From: a virus
Lineage: Duplodnaviria; Caudoviricetes
DNA length: 61,093 nt
Direction: 5' to 3' (one strand)
Virus record (IMG/VR): IMGVR_UViG_3300044716_000219
Location: 1 to 61,093 of that record
The notes beneath the pieces were generated by a model. The model was not told where the DNA came from and searched no databases. It was given only the letters and a program-made list of their open reading frames with translations. The translations under genes and the position numbers were made by a program. Of this stretch, positions 20,735-30,540 are shown piece by piece; within the stretch, counting starts at the first letter, position 1; every line of letters begins with the position of its first letter.

Positions 20735-21027
20735 TGCGCATACACACATTGGCTAAGGGTATACACCTAGCACCCTTATATCTACGCAAGCCCCGCAACC
20801 CTGCCCCTCATCATTGCGATGTTGTTGGGCCCTACACCTTACTGCCTTGGGTTCGCCCGATGAGTGGTGAGGCGGCTAGGGGTAGGCTGTGACTGACGAG
20901 GTCGTTACCTCCCCAAGTTTGCTTCAAGATGAAGCCGAGGGCTATGAATGTCAACGGCTCAGTAAATGGTTTGCGAGCAGGTTAGATGCTCGTGAAGTTG
21001 TTCGTAAATATCACACAAGGAATCAAA

Positions 21028-21216
21028 ATGACACGCTTTCCACACAGCAAGTACACACACTCAATCACAAACTTCAGCCTGACAGTCACATGGAATGACG
21101 GCATGGTTGAGGACTTGACGGAGTCACTACCCGAGTCGTTGCTCAACGAGATCGAACAGCATCTTGTCGACATGGATGACTTGCGTACACAAAACCCCTT
21201 GGGGTATGGGGTATGA
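21028..21216 (+). CDS. Hypothetical protein
   Basis: AAGGA SD. Confidence 0.7.
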   Translation: MTRFPHSKYTHSITNFSLTVTWNDGMVEDLTESLPESLLNEIEQHLVDMDDLRTQNPLGYGV

Positions 21217-21464
21217 GATCGAAGATCAAAGTAGACGGCAAGTTCTACAAAGTCGTGCCGTGGCTGAAACACGAGGACTGTGACGGCTGTTACTTTTGGG
21301 AACAAACGCACATAGCGGCTGAATGTCCCAACCAACAAACCAAGGAGCAGTTCTGCGATACAGGCGGAGAGTTCTACGGCAAGGTGTTCATCGCACATGG
21401 CAAGGAAGGTCTTGCTAGATATATAGCAGTCAAACTGGAGGGTTCAAATGACCAACATGGATAA
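21213..21464 (+). CDS. Hypothetical Cys-containing protein
   Basis: CDGC..C..C; ATGA overlap. Confidence 0.7.
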   Translation: MRSKIKVDGKFYKVVPWLKHEDCDGCYFWEQTHIAAECPNQQTKEQFCDTGGEFYGKVFIAHGKEGLARYIAVKLEGSNDQHG

Positions 21465-21615
21465 CTTAACGCAGGAAGAGTACGAAGACATTATCGTTGC
21501 TCTACTCAAAGACATATCAGCTAACCCTGATGCACGACGATTCATGGCATCCAAGATGTCAATGGTTGCGGCTTGCCTTGCTGTACACAAACGACTACTG
21601 GAGGAATCCAAATGA
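21448..21615 (+). CDS. Hypothetical protein, 55 aa; not in ORF track
   Basis: GGAGG SD; manual translation MTNMDNLTQEEY... Confidence 0.6.
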   Translation: MTNMDNLTQEEYEDIIVALLKDISANPDARRFMASKMSMVAACLAVHKRLLEESK

Positions 21616-21842
21616 AGGTGCGTAAGAACAAACACAAGATACTCGATCGCATGGCTCATCCATCATTGATAGCAGACAGCAACACGATGTGGTTTATCAG
21701 GGATGCTAGACCATGCCCAAGCTACGACAAAGATTGTCCCGAATGTAACGCTGTCTTGTTCCCCAAAGAGCATGGCAGATTCCCATACACACAACAGGAA
21801 TGGTTTGACTACCTACACAAGAAATCAACGGAGGAATTATGA
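21612..21842 (+). CDS. Hypothetical protein
   Basis: GGAGG SD; ATGA coupling. Confidence 0.65.
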   Translation: MKVRKNKHKILDRMAHPSLIADSNTMWFIRDARPCPSYDKDCPECNAVLFPKEHGRFPYTQQEWFDYLHKKSTEEL

Positions 21843-22084
21843 GAAGCATATGGATAGCAATGGGGCGTGATGACGCCTTTGGTGATGCACACACAGTCGA
21901 GGATGTGTATGTGTTCGAGTCATCGTTCGATGCATACAAGTTCATTGCGGGTATCAAACACTACAAGGATATCCCCGAGAGGATTCGCAACCAAAAGTGG
22001 TCGGTTGATGAATACCCTATCAACCCTAACAAGATGGAGGCGATCATCGACTTTCACAAAACCCACAAACTGGAGGAATCATGA
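21839..22084 (+). CDS. Hypothetical protein
   Basis: GGAGG SD; ATGA coupling. Confidence 0.7.
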   Translation: MRSIWIAMGRDDAFGDAHTVEDVYVFESSFDAYKFIAGIKHYKDIPERIRNQKWSVDEYPINPNKMEAIIDFHKTHKLEES

Positions 22085-22163
22085 CCAAGATGGAAAAGAT
22101 CGAGCGAGTTGTGTTCCTTGTAGGAATCATCGTGGTACTGTTAGACCTTTATATATGGAGACC

Positions 22164-22349
22164 ATGATGACAGACCTAGAGATTGTGCTATTGATTGCAT
22201 TCGTATTCATGTACTGGATGTATCGCAAGGCACATCGTGCTATGTGCAAATACAAATCAGCGCTTGTTGCTGTGGGCTTAGGTCATGCGACTGTCCATGT
22301 CAATGAGCAGAGTAAACGATTCAAAGTGGAGATGCATACCAATGACTAA
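22164..22349 (+). CDS. Small membrane protein
   Basis: GGAG SD; N-terminal TM segment. Confidence 0.55.
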   Translation: MMTDLEIVLLIAFVFMYWMYRKAHRAMCKYKSALVAVGLGHATVHVNEQSKRFKVEMHTND

Positions 22350-22460
22350 ACATACATACTGTGGCACGCATTACTCGATGTGGGTAGACGATGGCTTCGG
22401 ACACCTGACACGCATCGATCATGGGCAACTCATCAGCCGCATCGTGACAGGGTGGATGCG

Positions 22461-22748
22461 ATGAAGATCAAATGGCACCCAAAGGCTAATAACTATTGGC
22501 TTGCGAGACTGGAAGAGCCTGCAAAGGTTCTACTCAAGAGCTTCGATGGTAACTATCACGACAGTAACATTGGAGACCTTGCATATGTATACCGAAACAA
22601 GCAACAGTTTGCTATCAGATTCTATGGTTCTTTGTACAGCGGTACACACCCAGTCGAGCGCATGGAATTCGCAACAAAAGAAAAAGCGATGGCAATCGCA
22701 GAAGAATATGCAACGGCAATCTTAGCCGCCAAGATACTGTCACGCTAG
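22461..22748 (+). CDS. Hypothetical protein
   Basis: Likely start at MKIKWHP. Confidence 0.6.
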   Translation: MKIKWHPKANNYWLARLEEPAKVLLKSFDGNYHDSNIGDLAYVYRNKQQFAIRFYGSLYSGTHPVERMEFATKEKAMAIAEEYATAILAAKILSR

Positions 22749-22869
22749 TGACAGGGCAATACATACACACATAAGACAATCCAATCATTCGGCTACCCGA
22801 TCGTTCATGCGTACACGCATCGGGGCATGCATCCAGTACGCGCCAACCTTTTCAACCACAAGGAAAATC

Positions 22870-23868
22870 ATGCGTTATTCAAATATCAAGACATCTATTG
22901 TCGAGCAGTTTCGTGCAACCAACGGACACAAGGTCGTGCCGTTCATCCTCGGTGCGCCTGGCGGTGGTAAGTCAGCCTGTGCCCGTGACATTGTTCGTGA
23001 GCTTGGCATCGAGAATGTCGTAGAGTTCACGGCTTCGCTTCGTGATCCAGTCGATGTGCTTGGCACACCTAACAACACAGGCGAGTACACACGCTGGGTT
23101 CCGCCCGAGGAGTTCTATCGCTTACGCGCTGGTGTCGGTCGTGCGGCACTCATTCTAGAGGAGTTGTCTGACGCTCAGATTCCCATGCAGAACGCCTTGT
23201 GCGGTGTTGCCTACGATCGTCGTGCGGGTCAACTACAACTGTCTGACCAACTGTTCATCATCGCGACTGGCAATCGTACCGAGGACAAGTCAGGTGCTAA
23301 TCGCATCACATCCAAGCTAGCCAATCGTACCCGTCGCTTTGACTTCCAAGAGAATGTCGATGACTGGACTGACTGGGCGTTAGACAATGACATTGATCCT
23401 GTATTGATTCAGTTCTTGCGCTTCCGCCCTGCGTTGCTGTCTGACTTCGATCCTAACCGCTTCGCCAATCCTACGCCTCGTTCGTGGGAGCGTGTCAACA
23501 TGATACCCGCATCCTTGGACAGTGGACTCTTCTTCGACAATTGTGCAGGTGAGGTCGGTGAGGGTGCCGCCGCTGAGTACACAGGCTTCCGCCGTATCTA
23601 CTTAGCGTTGCCTAACATCGAGAGCATCTTGCTTGACCCTGCTGGTGCTGATGTACCTGCTGACCCTGCGACTCTGTATGCCTTGACTGGTGCGTTGGCT
23701 CGTAAGTCTACCAAGGACAACTTCGATCGTGTATCCAAGTACTTGTCACGCATGAGCCCTGAGTTCAATGTGATGGCAACCAAGGATGCGATCAAGCTGT
23801 GTCCTCAGATCAAGTCGACTCGTGCATTCGTCGAGTGGGCTAGCAAAAATGCCGAGGTGTTAATGTGA
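22870..23868 (+). CDS. MoxR-like AAA+ ATPase
   Basis: Walker A GAPGGGKS; Walker B LILEE; ATGNR; TPRSW. Confidence 0.88.
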   Translation: MRYSNIKTSIVEQFRATNGHKVVPFILGAPGGGKSACARDIVRELGIENVVEFTASLRDPVDVLGTPNNTGEYTRWVPPEEFYRLRAGVGRAALILEELSDAQIPMQNALCGVAYDRRAGQLQLSDQLFIIATGNRTEDKSGANRITSKLANRTRRFDFQENVDDWTDWALDNDIDPVLIQFLRFRPALLSDFDPNRFANPTPRSWERVNMIPASLDSGLFFDNCAGEVGEGAAAEYTGFRRIYLALPNIESILLDPAGADVPADPATLYALTGALARKSTKDNFDRVSKYLSRMSPEFNVMATKDAIKLCPQIKSTRAFVEWASKNAEVLM

Positions 23869-24095
23869 CATACAGTTGGGCTTACAACCCCGGCATGGGC
23901 ACGCACTTCCTGATGGGGCCTTGGGTGGCTCCTGACGGGAGGGTTGACCACAAAGAGCAGAGGCAGTACGCACACATCCTAGACCCGGGAGGCACGGTGT
24001 ACTGGGCATGTCTTAACCCAAACGAGAAGCCAACAAAGTTCTTCGATCTTGAGGAAGCTAAGGCGTTCTTACTGGCATCGGTAGTACTGCGATGA
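23865..24095 (+). CDS. Hypothetical protein
   Basis: Coupled; C-terminus F.(D/S)L.EAK shared with next gene. Confidence 0.65.
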   Translation: MTYSWAYNPGMGTHFLMGPWVAPDGRVDHKEQRQYAHILDPGGTVYWACLNPNEKPTKFFDLEEAKAFLLASVVLR

Positions 24096-24319
24096 AGTTA
24101 GTGTGGAGGGCTGACAGCGACTACACGCACACACTACTCAAGCAAGACACACCTACCAAAATTCCTCAAAGGATGGCGTGGATTGCTAGGGTGTTTGCTT
24201 CCAACACACCACCACATATGTGGCGAGCGCAAATCATCTCTTCACAAGAGAGAGGCGTGTTTACCTCATTAGACGAAGCCAAAGACTGGGCTAAAGCAGT
24301 CGTTCTTCTCAACCAATGA
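24092..24319 (+). CDS. Hypothetical protein
   Basis: Coupled; FTSLDEAKDWA. Confidence 0.65.
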   Translation: MKLVWRADSDYTHTLLKQDTPTKIPQRMAWIARVFASNTPPHMWRAQIISSQERGVFTSLDEAKDWAKAVVLLNQ

Positions 24320-24329
24320 AAGGCACTAT

Positions 24330-25205
24330 ATGCAACCAACTAAACTGGCAGATAAGGTAATCCTTGTCAAGCTGACACAACGCAAAGTCGCATTGACTAA
24401 ACGCGATGCATTCCTATCAGACAAGATACAACGGCAGGAGGGTGACGCATCATTGACGGTGCTTACTAAGTTGTTCAGGTCTAAGGGCAATGCCATTGCA
24501 CAGATCATGACCAAGTTCAACGAGGTGTATGCGTATCACAAGAAGCACACGCTACCCTATGTGGATGCAGGCCCTCGCATCTTGCCTAACGATCTGTACT
24601 TCGAGTACACACAAGAGACTAAGCATCTCATCGCACAGGTGGACAATCTCAAGCGCACTTACATGCCACAGTATGACCAGCTAGTGTTAGAGGATGTGAT
24701 GTATCGCAACAGTGGACACGCGGCAGGTAGGGCTAGTGTGGATGACTACCCGACAGCAGAGCAGTTCGATAGTGCCATGTCGATTGACATTCGCTTCCAA
24801 CCCATGCCTGACTCAAGACACTTCCTATTCGATCTTAGTGACGAGGACTTGCAATCGTTCCAAGCATCAGAGAGCGAGGCATCAGCGGCAATGAACGCAG
24901 ACATTCTTTCGAGGATGCTCAAGCCATTGTCAGCACTCACTCAGCGCTTGCAGGAATATCAGGGTCAGAAGGGTGAACGCTTCCACAACAGTCTTGTCGA
25001 GAATGTGATCGAAGGTTGTGACCTAGCTATGAAGTTGGCAATCAACCCATCGCACGAGTTCATCGACGAGATCAACAAGCTCAAAGCAATGGCGACTGGC
25101 TGTCTCAACACAGTCGAAGTCATCAAAGGATCAGCGAACGCTAGGCATGACGCCAAAGCCAAGCTCGAAGCAGTAGCCGCTCGTATGGCGGATTTCAATT
25201 TCTAA
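24330..25205 (+). CDS. Helical protein of the AAA/vWA cluster (DUF3150-like)
   Basis: HTLPY...GPRILP and DDYPT motifs; position. Confidence 0.6.
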   Translation: MQPTKLADKVILVKLTQRKVALTKRDAFLSDKIQRQEGDASLTVLTKLFRSKGNAIAQIMTKFNEVYAYHKKHTLPYVDAGPRILPNDLYFEYTQETKHLIAQVDNLKRTYMPQYDQLVLEDVMYRNSGHAAGRASVDDYPTAEQFDSAMSIDIRFQPMPDSRHFLFDLSDEDLQSFQASESEASAAMNADILSRMLKPLSALTQRLQEYQGQKGERFHNSLVENVIEGCDLAMKLAINPSHEFIDEINKLKAMATGCLNTVEVIKGSANARHDAKAKLEAVAARMADFNF

Positions 25206-25214
25206 GGAGGATAT

Positions 25215-25760
25215 ATGATGAGACCAACGCTTTATCAAGCATCTAGGATGCTAACAACTGCAGGTGTATCAGCGCACATTCAGTTCGACCCAACCAAGAT
25301 CACCAACCGACTCAAGAAGTCTATTCAACGGCAGGTGGCGAATGGGGTTCTCACTGGAGGCTATTCATCACACGCCACACGCATCGCCAAGTATCTGTGC
25401 AAGCAGTTTAGTGTCAAATACACAGACAACAGTTGGTATGGTATTCGTGTACCGGCTATGCCAGTAGATCATCGCGAGAAGTTTGTTGAGTTAGTTCAGG
25501 CAGACCTTGCGGCTTACCTATTAGACAACGATACATATAACCCACAATGGGATAAAGACATGGCTAACAAAGCAATCAGTTCAATTAGAGCGGGCTCTGA
25601 TACTGATGTACGAACGCACAGTAAAGAATACAGAGAGAAGCTAGCAATGCTTATTGCAAAGACTCGCACACCTGAAGAGATTAAGAAAGCGGCAGACATT
25701 GCCGCAATGCTTGACGCAGGACTTCCAATCACCATCAACCAATACAACGCAGAGGAGTAA
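25215..25760 (+). CDS. Hypothetical protein
   Basis: AAGGAGG SD. Confidence 0.75.
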   Translation: MMRPTLYQASRMLTTAGVSAHIQFDPTKITNRLKKSIQRQVANGVLTGGYSSHATRIAKYLCKQFSVKYTDNSWYGIRVPAMPVDHREKFVELVQADLAAYLLDNDTYNPQWDKDMANKAISSIRAGSDTDVRTHSKEYREKLAMLIAKTRTPEEIKKAADIAAMLDAGLPITINQYNAEE

Positions 25761-25762
25761 TC

Positions 25763-26869
25763 ATGGCAGTAACTACACTAGACAAAGCTAAAGTGTCCAT
25801 CGTGACACAGCATCCATTCTTCGCATCCATCCTTATGAAGCGACAGCTTATCGAGGATGAGACTATACCAACAGCCGCAGTAGATCAGCGCAACCAGATA
25901 TACATCAACCCAGTCTGGTTCAACACATTGTCTGTTGACGAGATCGTGTTCGTGCTAGCCCACGAGATCGGTCATGTCATCGGTCAGCATGCAACGCGCC
26001 GTGGCACTCGCAACGCTAAGAAGTGGAACATTGCAGGCGATGCTTGGATCAACGACATGCTCAAGGCATCAGGCATTGGTCAGCCAATTAATGGCTGTGT
26101 CGACATGCCCGGCTCCAAGGATGAGACAGTCGATGAGATTTACAACAAGCTCCCCGATGGTGACGGTGAAGGCCCCGGCGGTACAGGCGATGACATCATC
26201 GAGCGCGGCTCACCATTGACACCAGAAGAAGCTACACGCATTGATGCCGAAACTCGTGTTGAGATTGCACAGGCGGCTCAAGCGGCTAAGGCTCAGGGCA
26301 AGATGCCAGCGGCATTGGCTAAGATCATTGCAGACTTGATCGACCCCGGCACACCATGGCATGAGATTCTCGAGCGGTACATGACTTCGTACACTCGTGG
26401 TGACTACACATGGTCACGCCCTAACCGTCGCTTCGCTGACATTGCTTACTTACCAAGCACAGGCAAGGTTGCCGAGATGGGCGAGATCGTCGTGCAGGTC
26501 GATGTGTCTGGCTCTATCAGTCAGCGTGAGTTGGCTCATTACAACGGTCATCTGTCTCGCATCATCGAGCAGTGCAACCCCGAGCGTGTGCATGTCTTGT
26601 ATGTTGACACTGCAGTATGCAAGCATCAGGTGTTCGAGCAGGGCGAGGAAGTAACACTAGAGTTCTACTCTGGCGGCGGTACTGACATGGAGGCAGGCTT
26701 CGACTTCATCGCCAAGGAGGGTATTGACCCCGAGGTATTCGTCTGCTTGACCGATGGTTATACCGACTTCAATGTCGCCAACGCGCCAAGTTATCCAGTT
26801 TTATGGTGTATCTCTAGTGACATTGTGGCTCCTTACGGCGAGAATATCCACTTTTCACTGGAGGAATAA
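25763..26869 (+). CDS. Zincin metallopeptidase-vWA protein (DUF2201-like)
   Basis: HEIGH; MIDAS DVSGS; GGGTD; LTDG. Confidence 0.88.
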   Translation: MAVTTLDKAKVSIVTQHPFFASILMKRQLIEDETIPTAAVDQRNQIYINPVWFNTLSVDEIVFVLAHEIGHVIGQHATRRGTRNAKKWNIAGDAWINDMLKASGIGQPINGCVDMPGSKDETVDEIYNKLPDGDGEGPGGTGDDIIERGSPLTPEEATRIDAETRVEIAQAAQAAKAQGKMPAALAKIIADLIDPGTPWHEILERYMTSYTRGDYTWSRPNRRFADIAYLPSTGKVAEMGEIVVQVDVSGSISQRELAHYNGHLSRIIEQCNPERVHVLYVDTAVCKHQVFEQGEEVTLEFYSGGGTDMEAGFDFIAKEGIDPEVFVCLTDGYTDFNVANAPSYPVLWCISSDIVAPYGENIHFSLEE

Positions 26870-27019
26870 ATGGCTGACAACATCGACGACGCAATCACCG
26901 AACTGACCGAACAGTACGATGAGGTATTACAGGCATGCTACGACGCACTAGCGGAGGGCGTGTCACAAGAGCAACGCAATGCTATCAGGGAATCGATAGC
27001 AAAGCATTTAGGCAAGTAA
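26870..27019 (+). CDS. Hypothetical acidic protein, 49 aa; not in ORF track
   Basis: GGAGG SD; manual translation MADNIDDAI... Confidence 0.6.
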   Translation: MADNIDDAITELTEQYDEVLQACYDALAEGVSQEQRNAIRESIAKHLGK

Positions 27020-27065
27020 CCACGGGGCTTCGGCCCCATTCTTTTCAACCACAAAGGAAGTTATC

Positions 27066-27734
27066 ATGGCGACAGTAAACATTACAAAAGAGTTCAAAGA
27101 ACGAGTAGAGCAACGTATTCGCGGCATGCACCGCAAGGAGTTAGAGGCTGAGTTACCTAACCTTAACAAAGCCCATTCAATCGACGCCCATTACTTGTAT
27201 CACTATGGCTGTTGGGGTAAGGATTACATGCACTTAGTGCATGAGATTCCCGGAGAATGGTTAGCCAAGGTAAGCGACTCCCATGTCGAAATACACGGTA
27301 AGAATGACGACGGCAAAGATGTGTCTTGCAGTGTTCGTTTCGTTGGCATGAGCGCGTTTCAACGCCCCAAGGATAGCTACTATGGACACACTCGCTCTGT
27401 TGTGCAGTATGAACAGTTGTTAGCTATGCCCGACGTCGTAGCCGGTAGAGCCGAGGCACTTGCGGCATGGGAAGAGAACAAGCAAGTAGTATTTCTAAAG
27501 GCTAAGTGGGACAAGGTTGAGAAAGATATTCTCGAATTCCTTGGTAAGTGCAAGACACTTAATGAAGCAGTTAGATTGTTTCCCGGTGTTCGTATGTATG
27601 TACAACGCGATGACCTCGAGCGCTTAGATCGTAAGGTCGAACGCTTTAGTGAGCGTAAGAAGATTGTGGAAGAGATGGCAACCGATGAACTAACAGCAGC
27701 CGCCATCGCTGCGAGACTTGCAGGAGCAGTATGA
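27066..27734 (+). CDS. Hypothetical protein (Nmad5-like C-terminus)
   Basis: AAGGA SD; CKTLNEAVRLFP motif. Confidence 0.6.
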   Translation: MATVNITKEFKERVEQRIRGMHRKELEAELPNLNKAHSIDAHYLYHYGCWGKDYMHLVHEIPGEWLAKVSDSHVEIHGKNDDGKDVSCSVRFVGMSAFQRPKDSYYGHTRSVVQYEQLLAMPDVVAGRAEALAAWEENKQVVFLKAKWDKVEKDILEFLGKCKTLNEAVRLFPGVRMYVQRDDLERLDRKVERFSERKKIVEEMATDELTAAAIAARLAGAV

Positions 27735-27919
27735 AATACATGTCTAAAGCACTACCGTCAACTCCAGTCGGCCATCCCAATTACCGATGGACACCACATG
27801 GAGATGTACAAGCCATATGGCGTAAGTTCGGGTGGGTTCCCCCATCTGAAAACATGGCTCCGCCTCCTCCCGAAAAACAAACCGATTTCACCACTCATCA
27901 AAGGAACTATCGTGCCTGA
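27731..27919 (+). CDS. Hypothetical protein
   Basis: DVQAIWRKFGWVPPSE; coupled. Confidence 0.6.
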   Translation: MKYMSKALPSTPVGHPNYRWTPHGDVQAIWRKFGWVPPSENMAPPPPEKQTDFTTHQRNYRA

Positions 27920-28409
27920 CCTACAGACAGAACTCAAGAAATTAGAAACCCTTGCCTTCGACGATGAAGGCTCAATAACCACGGAGAAAACTATGACCTT
28001 ACCTCACGCATTCAAAACATCTAACAACGTCAGCCGCGAGACATTCAACTACATCAAGAACAACCCCGGCCTACGTCGTGTGCAGATAGCACATGCTATG
28101 GCAGATCGTGGATTCAAGAAAAGCTCAGCAATGGCTTTGTCTAGTCAGTTCGTTCGCAATGGTATGGCTCGTGTCGTCGATGGTGGCGTGTTCGTTGCAC
28201 AGTCGGAGTACACACCTATCAAATCATTACCGAAGAAAGCAAAGGGAGTCTCCAAAGTGACAGCCAAGAAAGTACAAAAGGCTATCATGGAGGCTCCTGT
28301 GCAACCGATAGTGAGCCACGACACCTTGGTGAAAGCCATGCTGTCAAGGATGTCTATCATTCAAGCGCGGGAAATGTACGACGAACTCAAGAAAATCTTT
28401 GCATCATGA
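27912..28409 (+). CDS. Putative winged-HTH DNA-binding protein
   Basis: AAGGA SD then GTG 27912; FNYIKNNPGL...IAH pattern; second SD-ATG at 27993. Confidence 0.55.
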   Translation: MPDLQTELKKLETLAFDDEGSITTEKTMTLPHAFKTSNNVSRETFNYIKNNPGLRRVQIAHAMADRGFKKSSAMALSSQFVRNGMARVVDGGVFVAQSEYTPIKSLPKKAKGVSKVTAKKVQKAIMEAPVQPIVSHDTLVKAMLSRMSIIQAREMYDELKKIFAS

Positions 28410-28732
28410 GCTTAAGAACACGATTCTTTAAATGGCTGACACACGGGCAGTTGCACGTTAATGAGCCAGTTGAGGCTAAGATGCCCAACCCTTACGCCAT
28501 GACGGTGCAACCGCAGATCGCCTTTGGAAAAGATACAGTGGCTGAAGAGCAATCAAGCATCACACTGAAATTTATCAAAGCAATGAACGGAAGAGTAGTT
28601 GAAGTCAGCACATTTGCTCCAAATAAGCACGGGCACTTTGATCGCACTATAGAAACATATGTTGTTACTGAAGACGAAAAGATCAGTGACACCATTATGC
28701 AAATCCTTGCAATAAAAGCATTGGAGAAGTAA
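28406..28732 (+). CDS. Hypothetical protein
   Basis: Coupled ORF. Confidence 0.7.
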   Translation: MSLRTRFFKWLTHGQLHVNEPVEAKMPNPYAMTVQPQIAFGKDTVAEEQSSITLKFIKAMNGRVVEVSTFAPNKHGHFDRTIETYVVTEDEKISDTIMQILAIKALEK

Positions 28733-28733
28733 C

Positions 28734-29207
28734 TTGCGTAAACGCAGTAAGTACCGCCCTCGTGCGGTACTGGCAAACCCCTTGGGCTATGTGCTTGAAA
28801 GTATCAAGCCAGTGGCACACCATGAGCAGTACCTTGTGGAACTTAAGATCAAGAACCACTTGGCAATGACAACCCTGACAAGGGGCGAAGCAACACGCAG
28901 TGATATCGATACGCTCATTGCATCAGTCAACATAGTAGAAGCACTATACCGACTTGGGTTTGGTAAAGAGTATGCTGACGTTGTGCGTGAAGGGCTTGAT
29001 GCGTTGCGTGATGTAGGTAAACGAGGCGTGGAGTCTGGTAGATTTATTTTGAAGTCAACTGAGATGAACGCGCTTAACTTGGTGATGGAACTGCACGATG
29101 CGCAGATGGACTTAATCACGATCAAGGACATGGACAAAGCCGTTGAACTTGTGAAGGAAGAGTTTCGTCAACGCAAGATGCGACCTATTGTGGAAAGTAA
29201 AACATGA
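28734..29207 (+). CDS. Hypothetical protein
   Basis: GGAG SD then TTG start. Confidence 0.7.
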   Translation: MRKRSKYRPRAVLANPLGYVLESIKPVAHHEQYLVELKIKNHLAMTTLTRGEATRSDIDTLIASVNIVEALYRLGFGKEYADVVREGLDALRDVGKRGVESGRFILKSTEMNALNLVMELHDAQMDLITIKDMDKAVELVKEEFRQRKMRPIVESKT

Positions 29208-29381
29208 GCAACAAGGAGATTTTCATATGGATAGCGATATGCCTAGCCACCTTTTGGGCGTTTGTGTACCTGACAATAACAAGCGCGATGCTGTGACATG
29301 GCCGTTCCCAAACAAACCGCCTGAGCATGAACCACTACACAAACTGCCATTCAACATAGATAACTATGAGGATGCACCCCT

Positions 29382-29624
29382 ATGACTAAAGACGAAGCAT
29401 TACGCCTTGCATTGGATGAAAAAGTAACCCTTGGTGAATATTTAAGAGGGCTACGGCTTTGCCAAACTGATATGTCGTTAGAAAAAATGGCCAAAAAAAT
29501 TGGCTGTGCAAAATCTTACTTGTCTGATGTAGAAAACAACAAGGTAATGCCCACGTTGGCAAAGTCAGCAATCATGGCTAAAGCCTACAAAACAAGTTTG
29601 AACCAGATGGGGCAATACTTATGA
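29382..29624 (+). CDS. XRE-family HTH protein
   Basis: LGEYLRGLR..SLEKMAKKIGCAKSYLSDVENNK..PT. Confidence 0.85.
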   Translation: MTKDEALRLALDEKVTLGEYLRGLRLCQTDMSLEKMAKKIGCAKSYLSDVENNKVMPTLAKSAIMAKAYKTSLNQMGQYL

Positions 29625-29965
29625 CACATACAGAAACATTACGCCTTGCATTGGAGGCGTTGGGATGGACTGATGAATGGCGTCCTCAAGGACTCAAAGA
29701 AGAAGCCATCACCGCCATTAAAGCCGCACTAGAAGCGAAGGATGAGCCTGTGGCGTGGATAAAACGAAGCGCCAAAGGAAACATCTATGACTTGCTAAGT
29801 GAGCCTGACGATGGCTATGAACCCGTCTACACCACCCCACCACAGCGCAAGCCGCTGACGGATGAGGAGATTTATCTTTGCACAAACCACATAGACCGAA
29901 ATGCACGGGGATGGGCAAATGAGTTTGCCCGAGCCATCGAAGCCAAACTTAAGGAGCAAAAATGA
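29621..29965 (+). CDS. Hypothetical protein
   Basis: EPVAW, PLTDEEI and FARAIEAKL motifs common in phage accessory genes. Confidence 0.75.
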   Translation: MTHTETLRLALEALGWTDEWRPQGLKEEAITAIKAALEAKDEPVAWIKRSAKGNIYDLLSEPDDGYEPVYTTPPQRKPLTDEEIYLCTNHIDRNARGWANEFARAIEAKLKEQK

Positions 29966-30165
29966 TTCACACCGATGAAGACGATGAGTTCGAACGCATT
30001 GCACGTGAGAACAACATGAAGGGGCAACCCTACCATTTTGATCCTGTGTATGTTTCTCCATCACAGCGCAACCAAGTATTAGAGGAAGCTGCAAAGGCAA
30101 TTGATGAACACCCAACTTGGACTGGGCGTATGTGCGCTCAAGAAATTAGGAATATGAAGACATGA
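29962..30165 (+). CDS. Hypothetical protein
   Basis: AAGGAG SD. Confidence 0.7.
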   Translation: MIHTDEDDEFERIARENNMKGQPYHFDPVYVSPSQRNQVLEEAAKAIDEHPTWTGRMCAQEIRNMKT

Positions 30166-30416
30166 GAATCATCGTATACACAAAAGACAACTGCCCCAAC
30201 TGCACATCGGCAAAGCAACTACTAGAGTCGAAAGGCTTGGAGTACATCGATGTAGATATAGAACGAGGTACTCGGTGGGAGAACATGCTGAAGGAATACC
30301 CCGATGCACGTCAGATGCCTCAGATATTCATTAACGATCAGCGCGTAGGTGGCCTTGCAGGACTACAGGCGGCGCTCAAGAAACTGGAGGAAATCAATGG
30401 ACACTACAAGTCTTGA
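30162..30416 (+). CDS. Glutaredoxin
   Basis: CPNC active site; MPQIFI; VGG. Confidence 0.9.
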   Translation: MRIIVYTKDNCPNCTSAKQLLESKGLEYIDVDIERGTRWENMLKEYPDARQMPQIFINDQRVGGLAGLQAALKKLEEINGHYKS

Positions 30417-30540
30417 AGAAGAACGAAAGCGTTGCGCTGCAATTGTTCGTCGAGCAATCGTTCGAAACAGAGACAACATCATGCATGTGCAGATACTGAA
30501 GCGTGTGCTTGAGAAGATAACCAACCCGAGAAATAAATGA
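30397..30540 (+). CDS. Hypothetical protein
   Basis: GGAGG SD. Confidence 0.55.
   Translation: MDTTSLEEERKRCAAIVRRAIVRNRDNIMHVQILKRVLEKITNPRNK

Noticed and set aside
20850-20870. Hammerhead ribozyme core (CCGATGAG)
   Set aside because: Not CUGANGA, and no downstream GAAA
29382-29624. XRE protein as a CI-like lysogeny repressor
   Set aside because: No peptidase domain, divergent promoter pair or integrase; it sits mid-operon as a cassette
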